In this document: one piece after another, positions 38,659-50,600 of the stretch
Layout: each line of letters opens with the position of its first letter
Position numbering within the stretch: the stretch's first letter is position 1
Source: Mustelus asterias
Lineage: Eukaryota
Assembly: GCF_964213995.1 (NCBI RefSeq)
Contig: NC_135823.1
Span: 68,076,001 to 68,140,000, forward strand
Reading direction: 5' to 3'
Length of the DNA stretch: 64,000 bases
Made by a program: the position numbers and the translations under genes
The notes under the pieces: model-generated
The model's database searches: none
What the model was told of the DNA's origin: nothing
The model's input: the letters and a program-made list of their open reading frames with translations, nothing else

Positions 38659-39529
38659 GTAAATTATTCCAAATGGTTTTATATTCTTCACTCTAAAGCA
38701 TTTGTAGCCAAATTGCCAAGCTTGATTCACTAGTAGAGCTACCACATTTGCATAGATGTGTCCCTGAAATCACTTTCCAATGAGGCAGTGTGTGTATTTT
38801 AATAACATCACTTGGAGATTAGTCTGTGCTAAATTGTCGATATTTCTTCCGAAGTGCCGGCAACTTATTTCTATGTTGATGAGAGCTGAATCGTTTGCTG
38901 CAGGAAATGGTGTATGGTGGTGACTTTATGAAGATTTTGCATTTCCATGGATAAGTAATTGTTATCTTCATTAGAAGTTCAATTATAAAACCTTATTATC
39001 TACATTGGAAAATTATGCCTAGATTTGTGTAATGACTAGTTTTTGTTTTATTGATACTTTTTCAACAAATTGTCAGCATCTCACAAATAAATTAACATAG
39101 TGAAAATTGCATAACCCATTTACATAGTTGGTGAATTATGTAGCAAGATAATACATTAATCACAATTATACCTTAAAGTTCAAAAATGAATATCTTTGGA
39201 GCAAATTTTAAATCAAATAATGTTGCTTTGGGAATAGTATGGTATACAAGTGTAGAATCTCACACTGTGACCCTAAAATAGATGCCAATATGTTGGCAGT
39301 GAAGCTATTTGAAGCATCAGTGTTAAAACTACTAGTAATTAAAGAGGCTGTTTCTGTGTATCCATTTAGGTCCTTCATATTCACTCCTCCATTCTCAGAA
39401 TCATTGGTTTCTCCTGTGCTGTAAAATTCATTTGGTTCATTCTGCCCTGGCCACCACACCTGAAAGAGATTTTCTCTTTCCGTAAATATTTTTCAATGTT
39501 TCCATTCCAAATATGTATTCATTGTCTTT

Positions 39530-40232
39530 GTGATAATAGTGTGCTATTGCTATGGATATTTTGTTTTTATATTTAACGGGACTGTTTTAAAGTTAAGTTT
39601 TTGTTCTACAGGTAGTCGGTATGTCTGTGGGGGACGTAGGTCAGAGGCTGGGAAAGCAGGATAATTATTCACTTTAACCATGTTATGTTTACTTAAGAGA
39701 GAGCTAGTGGACTTCAGTCTACAAAAAGAAAAAGTTTCCTGAGGTTTTTGATTAAAGGAATACAAGGTAGGTTTTGATTGACAGGATCATGTGATAATGT
39801 GGTTAGGGAGAGTTGGCTATGTAGCAGAGAAAAAACCAGCTTTTGAGTTCTGGCTGGAGTTTGTTTAAAGACAGAGGTCTGCAAGCTGCTCTCTCCACAA
39901 AATCTCTGAAAGTTTCAAGGCTGTTTACATCCAGCAAGTATATTTACGGTTTAAAGTGATTTTTGAGTCTGTGAGAAGAATGTTGCTTATTTGGAGCTGA
40001 AACAGTGATAAGTTAGAAATTAGAGTTGTCTCTTTTCATGTTTAAATATTGTTCAATGGACAATAGTTAAACTGCTTCATTTATAGTTATAGTGTTATTA
40101 AATAAGTTTGTTTTAGCGGAATTAGTTCTGGAGTGAAGCATTCTATCCTCACATTTATGCTAAAATAGAAAAATTGTTGAGATCTAGTCTGGCTTCCTAA
40201 TGTAACTTGGTATTCTGGTCCAGGGCCCTAAT
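39530..40232 (+). mobile_element. Probable solo LTR (5' boundary uncertain)
   Basis: 3' end ctggagtgaa...atgctaaaat...ttctggtccagggccctaata resembles the reverse complement of 56482-56590. Confidence 0.45.
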
Positions 40233-40309
40233 ACTTTATTAGACGTGATTATTAATTCTGATTCCATAACTGCCCTAACAACAAGCACAAAGCAAATTAT
40301 TGTAGATGA

Positions 40310-40405
40310 AGTAAAAGAGAAAATGCCGGAAAGGCTCAGCAGGTCTGGCAGCATTTGTGCAGAGAGAAGCAGAGTTAAGGTTTCAGCTCCTGACCTTTCA
40401 TTACC
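40310..40405 (-). mobile_element. Penelope-like pLTR fragment, hammerhead decayed
   Basis: ctcagcaggtctggcagcat...agagttaaggtttcag...gacctttcat. Confidence 0.55.
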
Positions 40406-40471
40406 ATTCACCCTATTTTTGTGTTGACTGCAAATGAATGTGTACCCTACACTTAGAAAAAGGGAGGGGGG

Positions 40472-40496
40472 GAGAGAGAGAGAGAGAGAGTGAGAG
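40472..40496. repeat. (GA)n microsatellite
   Basis: gagagagagagagagagagtgagag read directly. Confidence 0.85.
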
Positions 40497-40844
40497 TTTT
40501 AATACTGATCCTTGATGTATATCCCTTCAATCTGAAAATATTGATTTACCCTTGAGTTAACGAGGTCCAATATGGATGAACTTTCAATCTTACCAGTCAG
40601 ATGTCCTGTGTCTGTGTACCCAAAAATGGATGCATCTGAATTTGTAGGCCAGTGGATTAAAAACATATTTTTCATTATTATATGGTTTTCATGATTTATA
40701 TGTATAATTAAATATTTGAGGTAAATGCAAGCAACAGTTAAATTGTGGGTGTGAATATTCCAGTCTGTGGATATTTAAGGTTGTTTAGATTATATGATGC
40801 TAGATACAGTAGCTAGAATTGTTTAAATCTTAAATCTTAAATAA

Positions 40845-41195
40845 GGGCGGCACGGTAGCACAATGGTTAGCATTGCTGCCTCACAGCTCCAGGGACCTGG
40901 GTTCGATTCCCGGCTTGGGTCACTGTCTGTGTGGAGTTTGCACATTCTCCTCGTGTCTGCGTGGGTTTCCTCCGGGTGCTCCGGTTTCCTCCCACAGTCC
41001 AAAGATGTGTGGGTTAGGTTGATTGGTCATGCTAAAAAAAAATTGCCCCTTAGAGTCCTGAGATGCGTAGGTTTGAGGGATTAGCGGGTAAATATGTAGG
41101 GATATGGGTGTAGGGTGTGGGTGGGATTGTGGTTGGTGCAGACTCGATGGGCCGAATGGCCTCCTTCTGCACTGTAGGGTTTCTATAATTCTATG
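40845..41195 (+). mobile_element. HE1-type V-SINE, full length
   Basis: GGGCGGCACGGTAGCACAATGG, B box GGTTCGATTCC, V core, tail ggccgaatggcctccttctgcactgtagggtttctat. Confidence 0.92.
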
Positions 41196-41482
41196 AAATC
41201 TACTGTTTCAACATATGCAAATGAACCCTCTACTCCTGCTCCTAGTTCTTATGTTCTTAACATCTGCAGCCATTCAGGGGTTCCTTGAATCTCTTGGAGA
41301 GTTTTACAGCGACAAACAATTAACTCTTTTGTAACTCAGTCCCTCCCTTCCTCAGTACCATGCCTGCACCACGCAATGCAGCGGATGATTTTGTTCTCCA
41401 ACAGATTGGGCTTCTCGAAGTTTGACAGCAATTAGACAGTCAGGTTTAACTATATAATTGAATAAACTTATCACAGATGTTA

Positions 41483-41819
41483 GGGGCAGCACGGTAGCAC
41501 AATGGTTAGCACTGCTGCTTCACAGGGTCCCGGGTTCGATTCCCGGCTCGGGTCACTGTCTGTGTGGAGTTTGCACATTCTCCTCATGTCTGCGTGGGTT
41601 TCCTCCGGGTGCTCCGCGTTCCTCCCACAGTCCAAAGATGTGCGGGTTAGGTTGATTGGCCAGGTTAAAAAAAAAATTGCCCCTTAGAGTCCTGAGATGC
41701 GTAGGTTAGTGGGATTAGCGGGTAAATATGTGGGGGTAGGGCCTGGGTGGGATTGTGGTCGGTGCAGACTCGATGGGCCGAATGGCCTCTTTCTGCACTG
41801 TAGGGTTTCTATATTTCTA
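41483..41819 (+). mobile_element. HE1-type V-SINE, full length
   Basis: Very similar to 40845-41195. Confidence 0.92.
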
Positions 41820-41959
41820 CGTTGATTAAACAATATTGTGTTTTGTCACAGTTCAGTTTTTTGCGTGTAATGCTAGTGTCTGACACAGCATTACTGTTGC
41901 ATTATGCACACCGTTATCAAAAATTGTTATTACAGATGTCCTCTATCCATTTCAAATAG

Positions 41960-43871
41960 AGTTGGCAAGATAGTTATGCCACTGGCTAGTGATTCAGAGG
42001 CCCAGGTCTGGGGACATAGGTTCAAATCCTACCATGGCAGTTGGTGGAATTTAAATTCAATTAATAAATCCAAAATAGCTAGTTAAGTAATGGTGACCAG
42101 GGAAACTATCATCAATTGTTGTAAAAACCCATCTGTTTCCTAATATCTTTCAGGGGATGAAATCTACCGCCTTTATTTGACCTGGCCTTGGGAGGCCTTT
42201 GGGAGGCAAGGGATGAGATTGCAGAGCCTTTGGCTTTGATCTTTGGGTCCTCACTGTCCACGGGGATGGTGCCAGAGGTCTGGAGAATGGCGAATGTTGT
42301 TCCTCTGTTTAAGAAAGGGAATAGAAATGACCCTGGTAATTATAGACCGGTTAGTCTTACTTCGGTGGTTGGTAAATTGATGGAAAAGGTCCTTAGGGAT
42401 GGGATTTACGACCATTTAGAAAGATGCGGATTAATCCGGGATAGTCAGCACGGATTCGTAAAGGGCAAGTCGTGCCTCACAAATTTGATTGAATTTTTTG
42501 AGGAGGTAACTAAGTGTGTTGATGAAGGTAGGGCAGTTGATGTCATATACATGGATTTTAGCAAGGCGTTTGACAAGGTCCCCCATGGTCGGCTTATGAT
42601 GAAGGTGAGGAGGTGTGGGATTGAGGGAAAGTTGGCCGATTGGATAGGTAACTGGCTGTCTGATCGAAGACAGAGGGTGGTGGTGGATGGAAAATTTTCG
42701 GATTGGAGGCAGGTTGCTAGCGGAGTGCCACAGGGATCGGTGCTTGGTCCTCTGCTCTTTGTGATTTTTATTAATGAGTTAAAGGAGGGGGCTGAAGGGT
42801 GGATCAGTAAATTTGCTGATGACACCAAGATTGGTGGAGTAGTGGATGAGGTGGAGGGCTGTTGTAGGCTGCAAAGAGACATAGATAGGATGCAAAGCTG
42901 GGCTGAAAAATGGCAAATGGAGTTTAACCCTGATAAATGTGAGGTGATTCATTTTGGTAGGACTAATTTAAATGTGGATTACAGGGTCAAAGGTAGGGTT
43001 CTGAAGACTGTGGAGGAACAGAGAGATCTTGGGGTCCATATCCACAGATCTCTAAAGGTTGCCACTCAAGTGGATAGAGCTGTGAAGAAGGCCTATAGTA
43101 TGTTAGCTTTTATTAACAGGGGGTTGGAGTTTAAGAGCCGTGGGGTTATGCTGCAACTGTACAGGACCTTGGTGAGACCACATTTGGAATATTGTGTGCA
43201 GTTCTGGTCACCTCACTATAAGAAGGATGTGGAAGCGCTGGAAAGAGTGCAAAGGAGATTTACCAGGATGCTGCCTGGTTTGGAGGGTAGGTCTTATGAG
43301 GAAAGGTTGAGGGAGCTAGGGCTGTTCTCTCTGGAGCGGAGGAGGCTGAGGGGAGACTTAATAGAGGTTTATAAAATGATGAAGGGGATAGATAGAGTGA
43401 ACGTTCAAAGACTATTTCCTCGGGTGGATGGAGCTATTACAAGGGGGCATAACTATAGGGTTCGTGGTGGGAGATATAGGAAGGATATCAGAGGTAGGTT
43501 CTTTACGCAGAGAGTGGTTGGGGTGTGGAATGGACTGCCTGCAGTGATAGTGGAGTCAGACACTTTAGGAACATTTAAGCGGTTATTGGATAGGCACATG
43601 GAGCACACCAGTATGATAGGGAGTGGGATAGCTTGATCTTGGTTTCAGATAAAGCTCGGCACAACATTGTGGGCCGAAGGGCGTGTTCTGTGCTGTACTG
43701 TTCTATGTTCTATGGCCTATCTGCGACTCTAGATCCACAACAATATGGTTGACTCTTAATTGCTCTCTCTGAAATGGTGTAGCAAGCCACTCAGTTTAAG
43801 GGCATTAGGGATGGGCAACAAATGCTGACCTTGCCAGTGATGCCCATATCCCATGAATGAATAAAAAAAAA
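41960..43871 (+). mobile_element. tRNA-derived SINE with L2-like tail, split by a CR1 (halves 41960-42188 and 43713-43871)
   Basis: ggttcaaatcc B box, ggtggaatttaaattcaa, tail aagggcattagggatgggcaacaaatgctg...atgaatgaataaaaaaaa. Confidence 0.75.
42189..43712 (+). mobile_element. Young 5'-truncated CR1 with an uninterrupted 482-codon RT/C-terminal frame
   Basis: No stops or frameshifts 42188-43636; (TTCTATG)n tail; TSD TGGCCT at 42183-42188 and 43713-43718. Confidence 0.95.
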
Positions 43872-46334
43872 GACTTCCAGTTTACTGAGGATAACTACAG
43901 ATAATATAGCCAATACTGGCATTTTCTTTTACATGTAACATTTTTTTCTAGTACTTTAAGCTATCCTGCTTGCATTTGGGTCAATGATTGCCCTCCATAA
44001 TACCCTTTTGATTGCAAATGTAAATGCTTTAGCATGGTGCCTGGTTACCCTCTGGGTGCTCCTGCATCAATTTATGAAGCTGAATTACAAACATATTCTT
44101 TCGCCCAAAATACTGGTATGACGATACTGTGCCTTTAAGAAATGTATTGTTATGTCATGTTCCTTGTGAAGGGAATGTTTTAAACTTCAGCTCTGATTGC
44201 AGTGCCAATTTGTCTGCTCCAGGCAGCCCACTGCTGAGAAGCATAATTGATCCTAGATATTGGGTGTTTGTTTTAATCTGACTAATGTAGTTTTGATTAT
44301 TTTTGTGTGTTGTCCCCTGGGGTTTCAGCGTAAAGATTAATTAGGTTGATTGACAAGAGTGCATCATGTGCTGATAAAAGGAGCTAGGCTTACAGAGGGG
44401 AAAAGGCAGGCAATTTCTGTTTGGATTTTGTAAGAAGCAGCAACTCTCTCTCTCTCTTTGGTGATTGAAGTGTGGGACTTGCCAGAAAATAGGTATCTCT
44501 CGCCAGAGGTGTTAAAAAGCTTGAATATTGGCAACCCTTGTTAGCCTATCTGCTCAAAAATTTCTATCCATTACCTAAGCTGTGTTCGTGAGTGTTACAC
44601 ATAGACAATAAGGTGAGTGAAGACCTTCTTCAAAGAATAGACAGTTGGGATTCACTGACAAACAAGAGCGCTATCAGATACGATACATTAAATCTGAAAT
44701 GTGTTTCCACTTCAAGAAACACTGGCCTTGTGATTCAGTTTTCCCAAAAAACTGAATATTGGCCAGTTCCTTACTCCACACAAGCAAGGAATTCTCAAGA
44801 AGCCTGCTCTTTGGGCTGCAGAGCTGTTATTCACTTGAGCTCTCTTCTAAAGTTAACAGCTACTTTAGTTGATTTTCCAAATCTGTGCAGACTGTATCAA
44901 AAACAAATCAGCTGAAGTAATCAGTGGAGATTTCTCTGTTTCAGCAGTTTGCCTGGATCAGTAGTTGCGAACCATGCCAGATGGAATCACTGCTGTACGT
45001 ACTTGTAACATGCCTCAATTCTACCAGGATCCGCATAATAGATTACCAGAGCACTCCACCAGTACTTGGACTTCTGCATCAATGCTTAGTTTTCAAATTG
45101 CTTTTAAATTACAAGAACACTTTACTTAAATCCCAAGGTTCATGTCCTTTTCATTGTTGCTTCAAGTTGTTAACAGTTTCTTTGCTGAATGTGCAACAGT
45201 TTAAATACAGCAACCAGAGCTCAGAAGCAGCTAGAAGACAAAGTGATAGAAGGGAAAAGGGGAAAGCTTACAGTATGTTCAGCAACTTTCACAATCTCAG
45301 GGCAGCTGTTCTCTCAGGCACAGGGAAGAGGAAAACCCAGAGCAAAAGATTATTACTTGGCTATATAAAGTGCAGAATTTTAAGCAACAGGCCACGCTAA
45401 TTGTGTAATTAAAGAAATTAGATGGGCCAATTCCTGCCAAGGTGAGAAATGGCCAAGCATTTTGCTGATGTTTATAAGCAAACAGAAAAAAAGATGTGCT
45501 GCTTCCTTGATTCAACACGATACAGTATCTTCATAATAGCACGTAGGCTCTATTTTATCATGAACAGGCTAAATTGCCTTCACTTAAGAGTTAATTGTCT
45601 TATTCTGTTGAAGATATGAAATGTATCCCAGCTGTAATTGAATTTCAAGTCATGAGCTATGTAAAGTGTGTGGGAGGGCAATTGGATCAAGCTTGAGAAA
45701 TTTGTGAAGATTTTATCAATGTCTGTCATTTGAAATTAGTGAGCATGACGAAGGTTGTCTTTCTGACTTTGCTGTTTTCTACTTTGCTTTACCTGATGAG
45801 CGAGGCTCCAATTTTTAATACCACTGGATCCAGTAATGAGAAATTAATCAAAACAGATAAAAGAAATAAACATTGAAGAACGTCTAGACAATAGTGATCA
45901 TAACATAAGATTTGAAATAAAAATTGAGCAAGATATAAGTACGACAGAAAAAACTAATAGATTGGAAAAAAACAAATTTTGATGGGATGGGAATGGAACT
46001 AGGGAAGGTAAATTGGAAAACGAAAGTGACGAGCAACATAAATGATCAATGGGAAGTTTTTAGAACTGTGATCAGTAGAGTTTAGGAGAAATATATTCTG
46101 CTAAAATACAAGAAGAAACCTAGCTAGTAATGAAATATCATGGAGATATATAGAGTTGAGGGTGAAATTGAAACTAAAGAATATGGCATATACTAACTAT
46201 ATAGTGGATAAATTATAATAGTATTGGATATGCATCTGCAGAGAAGACATTTCCAGGGTTATGAGATAGGGACAGGCAAGTGGGATGAGTAACTTTTGTA
46301 TAGAGCCGACGCAAACAATGAACCGAGTGGCCTT

Positions 46335-47150
46335 TTAAAAAATGCATTCACGGGATGTGAACATCGCTGGTTCGGCCAGCATTTATTGCCCATCTCTAAT
46401 TGCCCTTGAGAAGGTGGTGTTAAGCTGTCGTCTTGAACTGCTGCAGTCCACCTGGTGTGAGTACAAGCACAGTGCTGAAGGGGAATGACTTGGAAGGGAA
46501 CTTTCAGGTAGTGTTGTTCCCATTGTCTGCTGCCCTTGTCTTTCTAGATAGTAGTGGTCATGGGTTTGGAAAGTGCTGTCCAAGGAACCTTGGTGAGTTC
46601 CTGCAGTGCATCTTGTAAATGATACACACTGCTGCTATGATGCATTGGTGGTGGAGAGAGTTTGTGGATGGGGTGCCAATCAAGTGGACTGCTTTGTCCT
46701 GGATGATTGGGGAAGATCCCAATATTCTTGAGTGTGTTGGAGCTGCACTCATCTAGTGAAGTGGAAAGTGTTCCATCGCACTCCTGTCCTGTGCCTTGTA
46801 GATGGTGGACAACCTTTGGTTAGTCAGGAGGTGAGTTACTCTCCGTAGAATTCCTAGCCTCTGACCTGCTCTTGTAGCCAGTATTTAAATGGCTAATCCA
46901 GTTCAGTTTCTGGTTAATGGTAAGCCCCATGTTGTTGTTAGTGGGGAATTCAGCAATGGTAATACCATTGAAGGTCAAGGGGGTGATGATGAGATTCTCT
47001 CTTGTTGGAGAAGGTAATTGCCTGGTACTTGGGTGGCGCAAACGTTACTTGTCACTTGCCAGTCCAAACCTGGTTATTGTCCAGGTCTTGCTGCATTTGG
47101 ACACAGACTGCTTCAGTATCTGAGGAGTTGCGAATTGGGCAATCATCAGC
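46335..47150 (-). mobile_element. L2/CR1-type LINE 3' fragment, likely tail donor of the SINEs at 21871, 41960 and 57130
   Basis: IQDKAVHLIG, SLHHQCIIAAVCIIYKMHC; 3' end aagggcaattagagatgggcaataaatgctggcc shared with those SINEs. Confidence 0.75.
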
Positions 47151-47862
47151 AATACCAATACATGTGACAATAATAAATCCAACAATGCTTTTATGTAGCA
47201 TCTTTCACAGCCCCAGGATATTCATGACCAATGAAACACTGTTGTGATGAAGGGAGAACTGACATCTAATTACCTGGTGTTTTTTTTCCTGATGGTGTGG
47301 ATTGGGGGCTGAATGCTTTCCAATTAAAAGGGCAGGTATGGCTTAACATTTCTTAAAATATTGCATGCAACAGTGGAACACTCCCTTCATGCTTAAGTCT
47401 CTGGAGTGGGGCTTGAACTCAAGATTTTCTGATTCAAATGTGGGAATGCTTCCGAAAAAGGATGATACATCACATGATTATACCATAAATATAATTCTTT
47501 GTCCATAGTTCCGATTATGGAAACTTTACGTCAAGTTCAGTTCTTGGATATTTTATGAAGAATGACAAAGCCTATCGTCCAACCTCCAAAGAAAGTGATT
47601 ATAACAGCCAGAAGATATTTTGAAGCTTTGTGCAAAGAATTATTGTATAATTTAGTTTTGTTTCTCTTCTGATTATTCATATGGCAGAATTAACAGCCAG
47701 TATTCAAGATTGTATTATTTGGGAATCTCATACTTAAACATGGAGGATTAATAATGCAAATTCCGTCACACTATAATAAATCATCTGAATGTATTTGTTA
47801 ACTAAGAAAAATGGAATGTGCTAATGACTTGACAAAAATCCAAGGATGAGTGCAGCTCATGT

Positions 47863-48220
47863 GATTTGATTTGATTTATTATTGTCACATGTATTAGCAT
47901 ACAGTGAAAAGTATTGTTTCTTGCGCGCTATACAGACAAAACATACCGTTCATGGAGAAGGAAACGAGAGAGTGCAGAATGTAGTGTTACAGTCATAGCT
48001 CGGGTGTAGAGAAAGATGAACTTAATGCAAGGTAGGTCCATTCAAAAATCTGACAGCAGCAGGGAAGAAGCTGTTCTTGAGTCGGTTGGTACATGACAGA
48101 CTTTTGTATCTTTTTCCCGACGGAAGAAGGTGGAAGAGAGAATGTCCGGGGTGCGTGATGTCCTTAATTATGCCGGTTGCTTTGCCAAGGCAGCGGAAAG
48201 TGTAGACAGAGTCAATGGAT
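47863..48220 (-). mobile_element. Rex-Babar-like LINE 3' fragment
   Basis: Closely matches 35566-35917. Confidence 0.85.
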
Positions 48221-49023
48221 TTTGGGATATGTAATTATGATAGATAATTTACTCTATTGTTACTCTATCTGTACCATTCTAGTTCCCACTACTAACAGGA
48301 GGAAACAGATAAACTATAAAGCCTAGGTTTATGAGCACAGTGGACAAATGAGGTAAAAATAAAAGGTGCTGGAAATCCTCAGCAGGTCACGCAGCATCTG
48401 TGGAGAGAGAAACAGGTTATCGACCTGAAATGTTAACTTTAATCTGAATTGGGAAAGTTTAGAAATGGAATGGGTCTTGAGCAAGCAGTGGGTGAGACAA
48501 GGGCGAAAGGAAGGTCTGTCAGCTGAGGAACAGCACCTCATTTTTCAATTAGGCACTTTACAGCTTCTAGATTCATCATTAAGCTCAACAATGTCAGACC
48601 ATAATCTCTGCTCCATTTTGTTTCCTTTTCTTTGTTTTCAGTTTTTCTCTTACTTTTGCTTTCCCACTTCAGAACAGCTGCCCTTGGCACATTTTTTCCT
48701 ACTCTCTCCGTAGATGCTGTCAGACCCAATGGACGGGATTTTACGGCTTCGCTCATCCCGATACTGTAAAATCCCATCCAAGGTCATTTCCATGGTCCGC
48801 CCCTCTCCTCCAATTCCAATGGTGGGTGGGGCAGTAAAATTCTGGCTCTCAGTTTTTCCAGCATTTTGTTCTTGTTTCTTGCCCCATCACCATTCCCGTT
48901 GACCCTGTGAAACGGACTCATATGTTGTTTAATCTCTCCTGTGTTGCACCTTATCACAGATCATCCTTTTGTCCTTGTCTCACCTACTCGCCCCTTGCTC
49001 AAAACCCATTTCTAACTTTTCCC

Positions 49024-49060
49024 AGTTCTGATGAAAGGTCATCAACCTGAAACGTTAATT
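49024..49060 (+). ncRNA. Minimal type I hammerhead ribozyme motif in a Penelope pLTR
   Basis: agtt-CUGAUGA-a-aggu(cauca)accu-GAAA-C-GUU-aauu: core boxes, 4-bp stem II, palindromic ACGU stem III, stem I agtt/aatt. Confidence 0.65.
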
Positions 49061-49091
49061 ATTTTCCTCTCGCAACACGTTGCTGTCCTTT

Positions 49092-49373
49092 GGGTGGCAC
49101 AGTGGTTAGCACTGCTGCCTCACAGCACCAGGGACCTGGGTTCGATTCCCAGCTTGGGTCACTGAGTGTGGAGTTTACACGTTCTCCCCGTGTCTGGGTG
49201 GGTTTCCTCCGGGTGCTCCGGTTTCCTCCCACAGTCTGAAAGACATTCTGGTCAGGTACATTGACCCGAACAGGCGGCAGAGTGTGGCGACTAGGGGAAT
49301 TTCACAGTAACTTCATTGCAGTGTTAATGTAAGCCTTACTTGTGACTAATAAATAAACTTAATAAAAAACTTT
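49092..49373 (+). mobile_element. V-SINE with alternative tail, inserted in the Penelope pLTR
   Basis: tRNA head GGGTGGCACAGTGG/GGTTCGATTCC; tail as at 893-1198. Confidence 0.88.
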
Positions 49374-50260
49374 ACCTGCTGAGTATTTCCAACATTTTCT
49401 GCTTTTATTTCAGATTTCCAGCATCTTTAGTATTCGGTTTTTTGGTTTGAAATGTGAGAATCTGATTCTGAGATAGGGCCCTGTGATTCATTGAGCATAG
49501 GACTCTGAGTTACTGAGCATACTCACTGATAGATAATTGCATTCAAATACAATGGCCCTAAATCATTCACAAAACTTCTCTGGTCACGTTTTTTATCTGC
49601 TCAATGTACACAAGCTTTGCAACTTCTGAACTAGTTCAGAGAGAAAGCTGTATGTCAAAGAAACAAATAAAGTGCGAGTAGAGAAACCTGACAACTAATA
49701 TAATCAGTTCTGACACTGATTAGGAAGTGTCTCCTTTTTTTGGAATACCCTGCATATGAAGAAAACACATGCTGTGATTTGCATTTTGACTATTTTGTAG
49801 TCATGCGAGCGAGCAATATAACCTATTGCTTTCCATTTGTAGAATCCTCAAGTTAATATTAGTGTAAAATTCTACCAAATGCATCTCAGATTGTGAGGTT
49901 AAATTGAAACATAGTTTGGTTCCCAAAACTGCTGGATTCTGGCTCATGGCACTGAATAGCAAATAGCATTGCCACATATAGCCGCAAGTTAAATCTACTC
50001 AGATAGCATATGCTTAACTTCAAATAAATACCATTAAATTTCCTGTTTGTCTTTTAAGTTATCAAAGGATTTAGATTTATTAAATGCCACTGTGATGTAG
50101 TGATCGTTAGTTGGAGCAATTGTCGTAAATTTGGATCAGTCTGCATTAGAGGGAGACTTGCTAATACAGAGGGTTGTGCTGATATTAAAATTATAGGGCA
50201 GGATTTTCCGCACAACCCACTGCAGGTTTTGCAGGGGTGGAGGCGGCCGGTGATAGGATG

Positions 50261-50600
50261 GAATCATAGAATCCCTGCAGTGCAGAAGAGGCCATTTGGT
50301 CCATTGAGACTGCCATCAACTCTCCAAAAGAGCATCTTACCAAGGCCCTATCCCCCTAACTCAATGTATTTACTCTGCTAATACCCCTAACCTACACATC
50401 TTTGGACAGAAAGCAGCAATTTAGCATGGCCAATCAACCTAACCTGCACAGCATTGGACTTTGGGAGGGAACCGGAGCACCCGGGAGGAAACCCACGCAG
50501 ATACAGGGAGAACGTGCAAACTCCACACAGTCACCCAAGGCCGGAATTGAATTCGGGACCCTGGCGCTGTGAGGCAGCAGAGCTAACCACTGTGCCACCC
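50261..50600 (-). mobile_element. HE1-type V-SINE inside a TIR element (about 50186-50739)
   Basis: Full SINE; flanks GGGCAGGATTTTCCG ... CGGAAAGTTCCAGCC form TIRs. Confidence 0.85.

Larger units (their letters stand above)
48352..49445 (+). mobile_element. Penelope-like element: inverted pLTR (48352-48520), GIY-YIG C-terminal remnant, tandem pLTRs; interrupted by a MITE and a SINE
   Basis: AEEQHLIFQLGTLQ at about 48522; 48352-48520 is the reverse complement of 48956-49085 plus 49374-49410. Confidence 0.75.

Noticed and set aside
40845-40920. tRNA gene
   Set aside because: The A and B boxes are the head of a SINE repeated many times in the window.
44592-45400. 107-aa and 158-aa ORFs
   Set aside because: GTG starts and no recognisable motif; probably chance frames in an old LTR-like or unique region.
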